Part shown: in pieces, positions 1 to 9,115 of the stretch
Numbering within the stretch: the first letter of the stretch is position 1
How the letters are laid out: every line of letters begins with the position of its first letter
Assembly: GCA_964474825.1 (NCBI GenBank)
Contig: CAYYWQ010000001.1
Span: 1,189 to 65,188 of the forward strand
Reading direction: 5' to 3'
From: an uncultured Candidatus Saccharibacteria bacterium
Lineage (GTDB): Bacteria > Patescibacteriota > Doudnabacteria > UBA920
Length of the DNA: 64,000 nucleotides
The notes under the pieces: model-generated
The model's input: the letters and a program-made list of their open reading frames with translations, nothing else
Database searches by the model: none
What the model was told of the DNA's origin: nothing
Translations under genes and position numbers: made by a program

Positions 1-495
<495 letters not shown>

Positions 496-647
496 ATTCT
501 AATTTCTTTGACTAGCAATTTGTGACTCACAATAATCTTTTTTCAGCTTTGCTGAAAATATTATAGCGAGTCATCCCGACGAATGTCGGGATGAAGTTTA
601 TACAATGTTAAGTGCTCCCTTCTTTGTGCTTTATTTAATAAAGCGCG

Positions 648-768
648 ACGAAGGGTGGCATTTCCAGCCGGGCTCGACCTGATCCCATCCCGAACTCAGA
701 AGTCAAAACGGCTTGGGCCAATGATAGTCCTACGCATGTAGGCGCAAAAGTAGGTGGCTGCCCCATTT
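648..768 (+). rRNA. rrf: 5S rRNA
   Basis: The motif cctgatcccatcccgaactcagaagtcaaaacg matches the conserved 5S loop B/helix III region (E. coli CCUGACCCCAUGCCGAACUCAGAAGUGAAACG). It lies ~165 nt downstream of the 23S end. The ends are approximate because I could not pair the terminal helix cleanly by eye. Confidence 0.7.
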
Positions 769-773
769 ATAAA

Positions 774-803
774 AAACCTCTCTTAAAACGAGAGGTTTTT
801 TAT
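774..803 (+). terminator. Rho-independent terminator closing the rRNA operon
   Basis: Stem cctctc / gagagg with a ttaaaac loop, followed by a tttttt run. Confidence 0.7.
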
Positions 804-831
804 TATTTTACTAATCGTATATAATACAGAA

Positions 832-1695
832 ATGGATAATATATCCCTAATTTTACCGGCGTTTTTACTAGGAGGCTTTTTAGAGGCTGCTATTTTGTTA
901 AGGCACAAAGTATCCTGGAAGCGGTTTTTTGCGCTAATAGTTTTAATAGCTGCCGGCAGCGGAATTTTGCAAATTATGGATTTTGCCAGACAAACGGCAA
1001 TTTCCAATATAGTGCTTTTTTATTTTATTTTTTTTGTAATTTCTTACGCGGTAATTTACCCTCAGCATATTCTTCCAAAAATAAGCCGGAGGACTCTTGC
1101 CGGCTTAACCGTGATTTTTTGGTATTTTTATTTAACTTCCGGGCTTACGGTTTTAAGCCAAAGCGGTTTAGTATTGTTCGGCGCTATAATTTTGTCTGTA
1201 ATGGTTTTTGTGGTAACGCTTTTTGCCTGGCCCATACATGAATTTTGGCGCCTGTTATGTTACCTCTGGTTTTTGTTAATGGTGGTTTATTTTAGCATTT
1301 ACCATTTAGTGCCCTCATATATTTTTTCTGTGTTACATCCGGGAGTCGAAAGTAGCAAATTTTTGGTTGCGGGGAATTTAATAGTCCTAGGAATGACTCT
1401 TTTTTATTTGGCAGTAAATATTTTAATGCTGCTGCAAGCACTGCCCTTAAGGTTTTTGGACAAGTCCAAAAGTACAGCTTACGCTTTATGGGAATGGAAA
1501 CAAGGACTTGCGACTTTTTACAGTAAATACCGGAATGATTCTCCACTTGTTTTTGCCGACACTTTAATTGTAGCCGCTGTGTTCTTGGCTGTTTTGCTGT
1601 TAAACCATAAGTTTGTCTTAATCCCTAAGCAGGTTTTAGCCGATATTCTAATTTTGTGGACCGGCTATTTTTTTGACCAAACACAGGCGGAATAG
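832..1695 (+). CDS. Polytopic integral membrane protein, function unknown
   Basis: 287-aa ORF that is highly hydrophobic with multiple predicted TM segments. No recognisable catalytic motif. Confidence 0.5.
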   Translation: MDNISLILPAFLLGGFLEAAILLRHKVSWKRFFALIVLIAAGSGILQIMDFARQTAISNIVLFYFIFFVISYAVIYPQHILPKISRRTLAGLTVIFWYFYLTSGLTVLSQSGLVLFGAIILSVMVFVVTLFAWPIHEFWRLLCYLWFLLMVVYFSIYHLVPSYIFSVLHPGVESSKFLVAGNLIVLGMTLFYLAVNILMLLQALPLRFLDKSKSTAYALWEWKQGLATFYSKYRNDSPLVFADTLIVAAVFLAVLLLNHKFVLIPKQVLADILILWTGYFFDQTQAE

Positions 1696-1721
1696 TTTAG
1701 AATTTCTGCTATAATCAATCT

Positions 1722-2255
1722 ATGTTAATTTCTGCAATTTTAATTGGTTTGTTACTATTCGCTTGCCTTGTATTGTTTGTAATTTTTAGTGAGTTTGTGG
1801 CTTTTGTTAGAACTAGGGTTCCATTTGTACCGACTTACACGAGTGATATTGAGTTTATTGTAAAAAAGCTTAATATAAAACCTAACGATGTTTTTTATGA
1901 TCTTGGCAGCGGTAATGGTAAGGTAGTGTTTTTAGTAGAGGAACTTTCCGGCGCAAAAGTTAAAGGCTTTGAACTTTCCTGGTGGACAATAATATTTTCC
2001 AAAATAAAAGCCAAGCTTAAAGGCTCTAAAGCAGTGTTTGTAAACAAGAATTTTTTTAAACAAGACTGGTCAGAGGCTAATTATATTTATGGCTACCTTT
2101 ACCCGCCCCTTATGGGCAGGGTAAAAGAAAAGTTCTTCGCAGAATGCAAACCCGGCAGCATAGCCATAATCCGCGACTTTCCTTTTCCAGACCTTAAAGC
2201 AGACGAGGTATGCTATATGCCAAAGAAGCACGAGATTTATATTTATAAAAAATAA
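1722..2255 (+). CDS. Membrane-anchored class I SAM-dependent methyltransferase-like protein
   Basis: N-terminal TM helix followed by a DLGSGNGKVVF glycine-rich motif (methyltransferase motif I-like). Confidence 0.4.
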   Translation: MLISAILIGLLLFACLVLFVIFSEFVAFVRTRVPFVPTYTSDIEFIVKKLNIKPNDVFYDLGSGNGKVVFLVEELSGAKVKGFELSWWTIIFSKIKAKLKGSKAVFVNKNFFKQDWSEANYIYGYLYPPLMGRVKEKFFAECKPGSIAIIRDFPFPDLKADEVCYMPKKHEIYIYKK

Positions 2256-2256
2256 T

Positions 2257-2652
2257 ATGAAAAAAATATTAGTTATCATAACATTCATTCTGGTCCTGTC
2301 CGCTTTAGGTTTTGTATTTTACAACAAAAGCCATCAAGCGACCCCCGGCGACTTAAAGGCAGCACATCAGAAACTGCTAAATAATTTTGTTGATTGTGCC
2401 AAACAAGGCGACGCTCAATGTGCTTGTAAGTTTATAACTAAGTCCAGTTGCGATTTATTTAGTTCCTCCACAGAGGGGTTAAAAAGCATCGGGGCAGCTT
2501 TCAACAAGAATTCAAGTACTGAATTACTTGGTGAAGTGGCAGATACTCCAGGGTCAATTCCTGACATCAGTTATAATATTAAAGCAGGTCTATATACTAA
2601 GGCTATTTTTATAAATGAAGAAGGGGTTTGGAAATTGCATACTTTAGATTAA
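2257..2652 (+). CDS. Hypothetical secreted/lipo-protein
   Basis: 131 aa with an N-terminal signal/TM segment. Translationally coupled: its ATG overlaps the upstream stop. Confidence 0.4.
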   Translation: MKKILVIITFILVLSALGFVFYNKSHQATPGDLKAAHQKLLNNFVDCAKQGDAQCACKFITKSSCDLFSSSTEGLKSIGAAFNKNSSTELLGEVADTPGSIPDISYNIKAGLYTKAIFINEEGVWKLHTLD

Positions 2653-2786
2653 TTACAATAAAATTGTAGAAAGATTTTGTTATGTATTTTATAAAAATAG
2701 CCTTTAATTAAAGGCTATTTTTGTTTATCCACAAAAGTGTAGAAAAATAGTTGACAGGCTAATATCAAAAGAGTATTATAGATTAT

Positions 2787-3539
2787 ATGCAAATTGAAGT
2801 TATTTTAAAGAATTTTGGTCTTTCGGAAAAGGAAATTGCCGTTTATTTGGCTTTAATTAGCCTTGGGCCTTCTTCGGTGCGCGATGTTTCCGCCAAGTCC
2901 AAGGTTAACCGCGGGACGAGTTACGATATTTTAAAGTCCTTAATTGCTTTGGGGATTGTTTCTTACTATAATAAAGAATCTAAGCAGTATTTTATGGCAG
3001 AGGCGCCGGAGAAACTGCTTTCGGCCATTGACCAGAAAAAAGAAGATTTAGACGAGGTCCGGGGGAATGTGGAGCAGAGCCTGCCGCTGCTTAAAACTTT
3101 GTTTGAAAAGCAGGGCGGCAAGCCCGTTGTTAAGTTTTATGAAGGCAGTAAAGGCGTAAGGCAAATATTTGAGGACGTGCTAGACGAAGTTGCTACATCA
3201 GTCGATAAGTCTTATTACCTCTACTCTTCTGCAACTGCCGAGCACAGAAAAAATGTTTACGACAGCATGCCGGATTTCAGTAAGCGGAGAATTGCTAAAA
3301 AGATATCAGTCAAAATTATTTCTCTAGGAGAAGGCGGAAAATTAGCAGGAATGGATGAACGAAAGCAAATGCCGGTTTCAAGCAAAGATTTAAAAGCCAC
3401 CCACGAAATAATTTACGCCGGCAAAGTCGCGCACATAAGCATAGACAGCAACGACCAACCCGTAGGCGTAATTATTCAGAACCAGGAAGTTTACAACATG
3501 CAGAAAATGATTTTTGAATTTAATTGGAATAAATTATAG
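2787..3539 (+). CDS. TrmB-family transcriptional regulator
   Basis: N-terminal winged HTH LSEKEIAVYLALISLGPSSVRDVSAKSKVNRGTSYDILKSLIALGIV is typical of TrmB/sugar-specific regulators. A TTGACA-like promoter lies upstream (ttgacaggc near 2751). Confidence 0.6.
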   Translation: MQIEVILKNFGLSEKEIAVYLALISLGPSSVRDVSAKSKVNRGTSYDILKSLIALGIVSYYNKESKQYFMAEAPEKLLSAIDQKKEDLDEVRGNVEQSLPLLKTLFEKQGGKPVVKFYEGSKGVRQIFEDVLDEVATSVDKSYYLYSSATAEHRKNVYDSMPDFSKRRIAKKISVKIISLGEGGKLAGMDERKQMPVSSKDLKATHEIIYAGKVAHISIDSNDQPVGVIIQNQEVYNMQKMIFEFNWNKL

Positions 3540-3540
3540 T

Positions 3541-3640
3541 GAATAGAGAATAGTGCTTAGAGAATAGGATAAAACACTTATTCATTAAGCGCTTGCATTG
3601 TCTTCTCCTATTCTCTACTCGCTAAGCACTAATCGCTAAC
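3541..3640 (+). promoter_or_regulatory. Long imperfect hairpin in the glmS 5' leader; member of the GTAGCG(R)GTAG palindromic repeat family
   Basis: Arms agagaatagtgcttagagaatagga and tcctattctctactcgctaagcac are reverse complements with a bulge. Confidence 0.4.
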
Positions 3641-3644
3641 TCAT

Positions 3645-5465
3645 ATGTGCGGAATTGTTGGATACATTGGAAATAAACAAGCTTTGCCGGTCCTGCTTCA
3701 GGGACTGCGGGATTTAGAATATAGAGGCTACGACAGCGCAGGCGTGGCGGTTTTGGACAATGGAGTTATAGACCGCTTACGTGAAGTGGGTAAGGTGGAC
3801 ATGCTTGTAAAAAAGATAGACGGCAAAAAAATGGACGGCAATGTTGGTATTGCTCATACCCGCTGGGCCACACACGGAGGAGTTACGGAGAGTAACGCGC
3901 ATCCGCATATTGTTGGCAAAGGTAAATTAGCCTTGGTGCATAATGGAATAATAGAAAACTACAGGGAACTAAAGAAAGAGTTAGCGCATCACGACTTTAA
4001 ATCTGAAACCGACAGCGAGGTTTTGGCAGCGCTCATAAACGAAAATTACGACGGGGATTTAACACAAGCTGTAAAAAAATCTTTACTAAAAGTTCGCGGC
4101 ACTTATGGTATTGCTGTTATGCATGCGGAGCATCCGGACATTTTAGTTTTGGCCCGTTTAGGCAGCCCTTTGGCAATAGGCATAGGCGAAGGCGAATACT
4201 ATATTGCTTCGGACGTAACACCAATGCTTCCTTACACTAAGCAGGTGTCTTTCTTAGACGATGGCGAAGTTGCCACAGTAAGCCGTGAGGGCCTTAAAAT
4301 TATAAACTTAAAAGATGAAGTTGTAACTAAAAATATTACGCAAATAGATTGGAACCAGGAAACCGCGCAAAAGGGCGGGTATGAGCATTTTATGCTTAAG
4401 GAAATTTTTGACCAGCCCACTGTTTTTGAAGACGCTATTCGTGGAAGACTTGACATGGACGAAGGCACGGCTCGTTTAGGCGGGCTGAATATGACTTTGG
4501 AACAGATGCGCGATATTAAGCGCGTGATGATTATCGCGGAAGGCACAGCCAGGCATGCCGGACTTATTGCCAAATACGCTTTTGAGCGTTTAGCTAACTT
4601 GCCTACCGAAGTAGATTATTCTTCTGAATTCCGTTACCGGGACCCCATAGTAAATAAATCCACTTTAGTTTTTGTAATTTCGCAGTCAGGTGAAACAGCC
4701 GACACTTTAATGGCTGCCAGGGAAGCAAAAAGAAAAGGCGCCATTGTTCGCGGCATTGTAAATGTAGTTGGCTCTACTATTGCCAGGGAAACCAAAGCCG
4801 GTACATATATTCACGCAGGTCCCGAATTGGCCGTTGCTTCCACTAAAGCTTTTACCAATATGGTTGCCGTACTTATGCTTTATGCATTGCAGTTTGGGCG
4901 TTTAAAGCACACATCTTTAGCCACGGGCCAAAGAATGCTCCAGGCGCTTTTAGAAATTCCTGAAAAAATGAATGAAGTGTTAAAACAGGCAGACACAATA
5001 AAAAAGATTGCGGACGAATATTCAAAATACCAAAACATTTTGTTCATGGGCCGCGGAGTAAATTTCCCTGTGGCTTTGGAAGGCGCGCTTAAACTTAAAG
5101 AAATTTCCTACATTCATGCCGAAGGTTATGCCGGCGGCGAAATGAAGCACGGGCCTTTAGCTTTGGTAAGTAAAGACGTGCCAATTGTGGCAATTTTAAG
5201 TAAAGACCAACTTTACGAAAAAATGAAAAGCAGCATCCAAGAAGTCCGTGCCCGCGGCGCCCGTACTCTAATAATCGCCACAGTCGGCGACGAAGAAGCC
5301 AAAGAAGTGGCAGACGAAATTATTTATGTCCCTGACACCATGGAACTGCTTGAGCCGCTGTTGAACACAATTCCCTTACAGCTATTTGCCTACCATATTG
5401 CGGTTGCGTTAGGACGAGATGTAGACAGGCCTAGGAACTTAGCTAAAAGTGTAACAGTGGAATAA
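3645..5465 (+). CDS. glmS: Glutamine--fructose-6-phosphate aminotransferase (isomerising)
   Basis: N-terminal MCGIVGYIG (Ntn Cys2). Length 606 aa, with two SIS domains and a C-terminal ...AKSVTVE. Confidence 0.95.
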   Translation: MCGIVGYIGNKQALPVLLQGLRDLEYRGYDSAGVAVLDNGVIDRLREVGKVDMLVKKIDGKKMDGNVGIAHTRWATHGGVTESNAHPHIVGKGKLALVHNGIIENYRELKKELAHHDFKSETDSEVLAALINENYDGDLTQAVKKSLLKVRGTYGIAVMHAEHPDILVLARLGSPLAIGIGEGEYYIASDVTPMLPYTKQVSFLDDGEVATVSREGLKIINLKDEVVTKNITQIDWNQETAQKGGYEHFMLKEIFDQPTVFEDAIRGRLDMDEGTARLGGLNMTLEQMRDIKRVMIIAEGTARHAGLIAKYAFERLANLPTEVDYSSEFRYRDPIVNKSTLVFVISQSGETADTLMAAREAKRKGAIVRGIVNVVGSTIARETKAGTYIHAGPELAVASTKAFTNMVAVLMLYALQFGRLKHTSLATGQRMLQALLEIPEKMNEVLKQADTIKKIADEYSKYQNILFMGRGVNFPVALEGALKLKEISYIHAEGYAGGEMKHGPLALVSKDVPIVAILSKDQLYEKMKSSIQEVRARGARTLIIATVGDEEAKEVADEIIYVPDTMELLEPLLNTIPLQLFAYHIAVALGRDVDRPRNLAKSVTVE

Positions 5466-5540
5466 TAGAATTAAGTATGTAGCGTGCCGATTTATCGGCG
5501 AAGTATATTTTAAATTAAAAATTAATCTCTAATAAATTTT

Positions 5541-5810
5541 ATGACTTTCAATAGAGAAAAAGAGCAATTTGAGCAAGAGCCCAAAATTGAAACAGTTGAA
5601 ATTTTAAACCAGAGAATGGAGGGCGAATATCCTATAGTGATGGCTAAGGTATCGGGTCCTGGTTTGGGATTAGAAGGGACGACTGTGACAGTTAAAATGG
5701 GTGGAGATTCGAATCAATTTATCCCAAGAGCTCCCACTTTTATAATTGGTTATGAACAAGAAGTTGTAGACGCCATTAAAGCCAAGCTCTCCGAACAAGG
5801 TGGACATTAA
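5541..5810 (+). CDS. Hypothetical small protein
   Basis: 89-aa ORF in the coding strand between glmS and tdh. No recognisable motif. Confidence 0.35.
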   Translation: MTFNREKEQFEQEPKIETVEILNQRMEGEYPIVMAKVSGPGLGLEGTTVTVKMGGDSNQFIPRAPTFIIGYEQEVVDAIKAKLSEQGGH

Positions 5811-5815
5811 AATTT

Positions 5816-6967
5816 ATGAGAGCATTAATTTTTGACAAATCAAAAACAGAATGGGAAAGCTCGCGCGGGTTTGAGCTCGTAGATGTGGCCGAGCCGGTTT
5901 TGGGGGTGGGTGATGAAGACAAGATTATTTTAAAAGTCCATTATGCCGGAGTGTGCGGCACGGACAAAGGTATTTGGAATAGGCAGGCTTTTAGGGACCA
6001 GATTTTGTCTACTATAGACGAGCAAATAAAGAGCAAGGGTAATCCTTATAGGGTTATTGGCCATGAATTTTTTGGCGAGGTAATAAAAATAGGTTCGGCT
6101 GTAAAGAATGTTAGCGTTGGAGATTTCGTTGCTTGTGAATCCCACGTGGTTTGCAACAAATGCGTTCAGTGTTTAAACGGGCAAAAAGAAGTTTGCACTA
6201 ACGAAAAAATTCTTGGCATAAGTGTTGAAGGCGGGTTTGCGGAATATGCCAAGGTGCCGGCGCAGGTGGCTTGGAAAACAGACACAGGAAAAATAAGGCC
6301 GGAAGTTGCGGCCATGCAGGAACCTTTTGGCAACGCAGTGCACGCGGCCAGCAAAGTAGATTTAAAAGGAAAATCTGTTGCCATTTTTGGTTTAGGTCCC
6401 ATTGGAATGTTTTTGGCTATTGTAGCTAAAGGTATGGGCGCTTCTACTGTAGTTGGTATTGAGCCAAACCCGGTTGCTGAGCATATGGCAAAAAAATTGG
6501 GTGTAGACTACGTTATTCCATTAGGAAAATCAGCCAAAGCTGAACCATACGCGCGCGATGCGGAAGTCATAAAGGAACTTATGGATATTAGCAAGGGCGT
6601 GGGGTTTGACGTAAGTTTTGAAATGGCTGGGTTTAACAGTTCGCTAAATAATTCCATAGCTTCTGTGCGCAGAGGCGGGGACGTAATACTTTTTGGTTTA
6701 AAAAACGGTCATTTTACAATTGACCAGGACTATAACACTTTGGTAATGAAAGGTCTAACCCTACACTGTGTTGCCGGCCGCCAGCTGTGGCAGACTTGGG
6801 AGAAAACCAAAGCGCTTATGGAAGAAGCCAGTAACGGCGTGCAGGAAAAACTTTTTAACGTAATCCTAGACCAAGGCCACGGGACAATTTTGCCCATACA
6901 GGAGTATACTAAAGAAAAGTTTGAGGAAATGATGTCTGAGCACCCTAAATTTTTAATTCAGTTTTAA
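5816..6967 (+). CDS. tdh: Zinc-dependent alcohol dehydrogenase family, L-threonine 3-dehydrogenase-like
   Basis: Catalytic GHEFFGEVIKIG zinc motif, structural-zinc CxxCxxC...C cluster (CNKCVQC), and a Rossmann GLGPIGM. The gene is directly coupled to a downstream kbl. Confidence 0.7.
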   Translation: MRALIFDKSKTEWESSRGFELVDVAEPVLGVGDEDKIILKVHYAGVCGTDKGIWNRQAFRDQILSTIDEQIKSKGNPYRVIGHEFFGEVIKIGSAVKNVSVGDFVACESHVVCNKCVQCLNGQKEVCTNEKILGISVEGGFAEYAKVPAQVAWKTDTGKIRPEVAAMQEPFGNAVHAASKVDLKGKSVAIFGLGPIGMFLAIVAKGMGASTVVGIEPNPVAEHMAKKLGVDYVIPLGKSAKAEPYARDAEVIKELMDISKGVGFDVSFEMAGFNSSLNNSIASVRRGGDVILFGLKNGHFTIDQDYNTLVMKGLTLHCVAGRQLWQTWEKTKALMEEASNGVQEKLFNVILDQGHGTILPIQEYTKEKFEEMMSEHPKFLIQF

Positions 6968-6969
6968 AT

Positions 6970-7800
6970 ATGAATGAAAGCGCGTCTGAATATAAAAATA
7001 ATATTGAACAGCCTAAATCCTTGTTTGTGTATGTGGTAAGGCATGGCAAGACGGATTATATAGAAAGGGGTCATGTCCAAGAAACCGGCAAGTGGAATGA
7101 CGAATTGGACGATTTAACTCCAGAAGGGAAAGAGGGCTTGCTCAAGACGGCGCTTAGAATAAGGGAGGATTTGGACCCCACAAAACACATTATTATTTTT
7201 TTAAGCAGTCCTCGCGCCAGGGCACTTAGGAGCATGGATCAAATTGCCGATTATTTAAAACAGGAAGGTTTTGAAATCGGGCAGCAAAACACAGTCGAGT
7301 CTTTACGTAGCGGTGGAGATAAGGCCCCTTTAGTGGGGAAAAATAAGGAGCTGGTTTTTCCGGAAAATACTACCAGCGAAGGCTATGATATTTCTACAGA
7401 AGACGGAATGGAATCTACAGGTGTAAGATTTAGGCAAATTTTAAGCTATTTTAGTTCAGTGGACAAAGAGCTGTTATGGAAGAAAATTAAATCACCAGAG
7501 GAAAATTCTTTTCACGGAAAAATACCGGTTTTTATTACAGTCACTCACGGCGAAGTAATGCATGCCGGCAACTATACAGATGAAGAATATGGAAAATCTT
7601 TTATTGGAAATTTATACAAAGGGCATAATGAGAGGGTAAAATTAAAGAGAGGCAAGCTTCTAAAATTAGAATTTGATTTAGAGCACCCGGGACAAGCTAA
7701 GGCCTACATAAGACGCGCCATGAGTCCTAAGGGAGAGAAAGAAGTTATCGATTTTTCCATTAACCAAAATAATGGTTCCGTTGAAAGATTAAAAAAATAA
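6970..7800 (+). CDS. Histidine phosphatase superfamily (branch 1, PGAM-like) protein
   Basis: VYVVRHGKTDY (RHG catalytic motif) and a later TVTHGEVMHAG. The gene is tightly wedged between tdh and kbl. Confidence 0.5.
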   Translation: MNESASEYKNNIEQPKSLFVYVVRHGKTDYIERGHVQETGKWNDELDDLTPEGKEGLLKTALRIREDLDPTKHIIIFLSSPRARALRSMDQIADYLKQEGFEIGQQNTVESLRSGGDKAPLVGKNKELVFPENTTSEGYDISTEDGMESTGVRFRQILSYFSSVDKELLWKKIKSPEENSFHGKIPVFITVTHGEVMHAGNYTDEEYGKSFIGNLYKGHNERVKLKRGKLLKLEFDLEHPGQAKAYIRRAMSPKGEKEVIDFSINQNNGSVERLKK

Positions 7801-7807
7801 TAAATAT

Positions 7808-9040
7808 ATGTACACAAGCTACAAACAACAATTTGAACAGGAACTTAAGGAAATAAAAGATTCCGGAATGTGGAAAGACGTGGGGGTTTTGGAAGGTAAG
7901 CAGGGGACAGAGGTAAAAATGGGTGGGAAAACCTTGCTTAACTTTTGTGCCAATAATTATCTCGGCCTTGCTTCATCAGATGAATTGGCAAAAGCAGCCA
8001 AAGATGGTGTTGACAAATATGGTTTTGGTGAGGCAAGTGTTCGTTTTATTGTGGGAACTTCAACTATTCACAAAGATTTAGAAAAAGAAATAAGTAAATT
8101 TTTTGGCACAGAAGATTGTATAACTTATACTTCCTGCTTTGATGCTAACACAGGACTTTTTGAAACTATTCTGCAAGCAGGGGATGCAATTTTTTCAGAT
8201 GAGCTAAATCATGCATCTATAATAGACGGCGTAAGACTCTGTAAAGCCGAACGCTTTAGGTTTAAAAATTCCGACATGGCAGACTTAGAAGCACAGCTTA
8301 AAGAGGCATCATCGCGGCCAGAGAAACCAGAGAATCCCGCGGCGGATGTAAAATACAAACCGCGAAGAATGCTTATTGCTACAGATGGCGTGTTTAGTAT
8401 GGACGGTATAACTGGTAAAATTAAGGAGATTTGCGATTTAGCCGACAAGTATGGCGCTTTGGTTATGGTGGACGACAGTCACGCATCAGGTGTACTTGGA
8501 GAACATGGCAGAGGGAGTGTAGAAGGACTTATGGACCGGGTAGATATTTTAACTTCCACTTTTGGTAAGGCTTTAGGCGGTGCAGGTGGTGGGTTTACTG
8601 CCGGACGAAAAGAAATTATAGACGTGCTTCACCAGCGAAGCCGTACAACACTTTTTAGTAATTCTCTTCCGCCAATGATAGCCTCAGCAGCATTGTATGT
8701 TTTGCAGAATTACGACAGCAAGTTTGACGGATATCGTAAGCAACTTATCGACAACACTGCCTACTTCCGTTCTGCTATGGAAAAATTAGGCTTTAAGTTA
8801 GGCGGCGACGGCAAGCACCCCATAACTCCAGTAATGCTCATGGAAGAAAAACTTGCCCAAGAAATGGCCAAAGCCCTGTTTGAAAAAGGCATTTACGTCC
8901 GTGGCTTCACATATCCGGTCGTCCCCAAAGGCAAAGCTCGTATTCGTGTGCAAATTTCTGCGGCGCACACCAAAGAACAAATGGACAAAGCAGTTAAAGC
9001 GTTTGAAGAAGTAGGTAAGGAAATGAAAATAATTAATTAG
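7808..9040 (+). CDS. kbl: Glycine C-acetyltransferase (2-amino-3-ketobutyrate CoA ligase)
   Basis: 410-aa class II PLP aminotransferase fold of the AONS/KBL family, with a TFGKALGG PLP-lysine motif. It is adjacent to tdh. Confidence 0.85.
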   Translation: MYTSYKQQFEQELKEIKDSGMWKDVGVLEGKQGTEVKMGGKTLLNFCANNYLGLASSDELAKAAKDGVDKYGFGEASVRFIVGTSTIHKDLEKEISKFFGTEDCITYTSCFDANTGLFETILQAGDAIFSDELNHASIIDGVRLCKAERFRFKNSDMADLEAQLKEASSRPEKPENPAADVKYKPRRMLIATDGVFSMDGITGKIKEICDLADKYGALVMVDDSHASGVLGEHGRGSVEGLMDRVDILTSTFGKALGGAGGGFTAGRKEIIDVLHQRSRTTLFSNSLPPMIASAALYVLQNYDSKFDGYRKQLIDNTAYFRSAMEKLGFKLGGDGKHPITPVMLMEEKLAQEMAKALFEKGIYVRGFTYPVVPKGKARIRVQISAAHTKEQMDKAVKAFEEVGKEMKIIN

Positions 9041-9041
9041 C

Positions 9042-9110
9042 CAGTAGGAGGTAGCGAGTAGCTTGTAGGAAACTGCATTGCTACAAACTACCGGCTACTA
9101 GCTACATGCT
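9042..9110 (+). repeat. Palindromic intergenic element of the GTAGCG(R)GTAG family
   Basis: The sequence cagtaggaggtagcgagtagcttgtagg pairs with ctaccggctactagctac. Confidence 0.4.
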
Positions 9111-9115
9111 AAATT

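Noticed and set aside
3541-3644. Possible glmS ribozyme in the glmS leader
   Set aside because: The leader is only ~105 nt and is a simple long hairpin. It lacks the pseudoknotted P1-P2.2 core, and no conserved glmS-ribozyme strings are recognisable. I treated it as a member of the palindromic repeat family instead.
4232-4573. Numerous antisense ORFs inside well-supported genes (e.g. 4232-4573 within glmS, 19621-20217 within ppsA, 59329-60268 within cyoB)
   Set aside because: They are embedded opposite high-confidence conserved CDSs, have no RBS and have biased or low-complexity translations. They are artefacts of six-frame translation.
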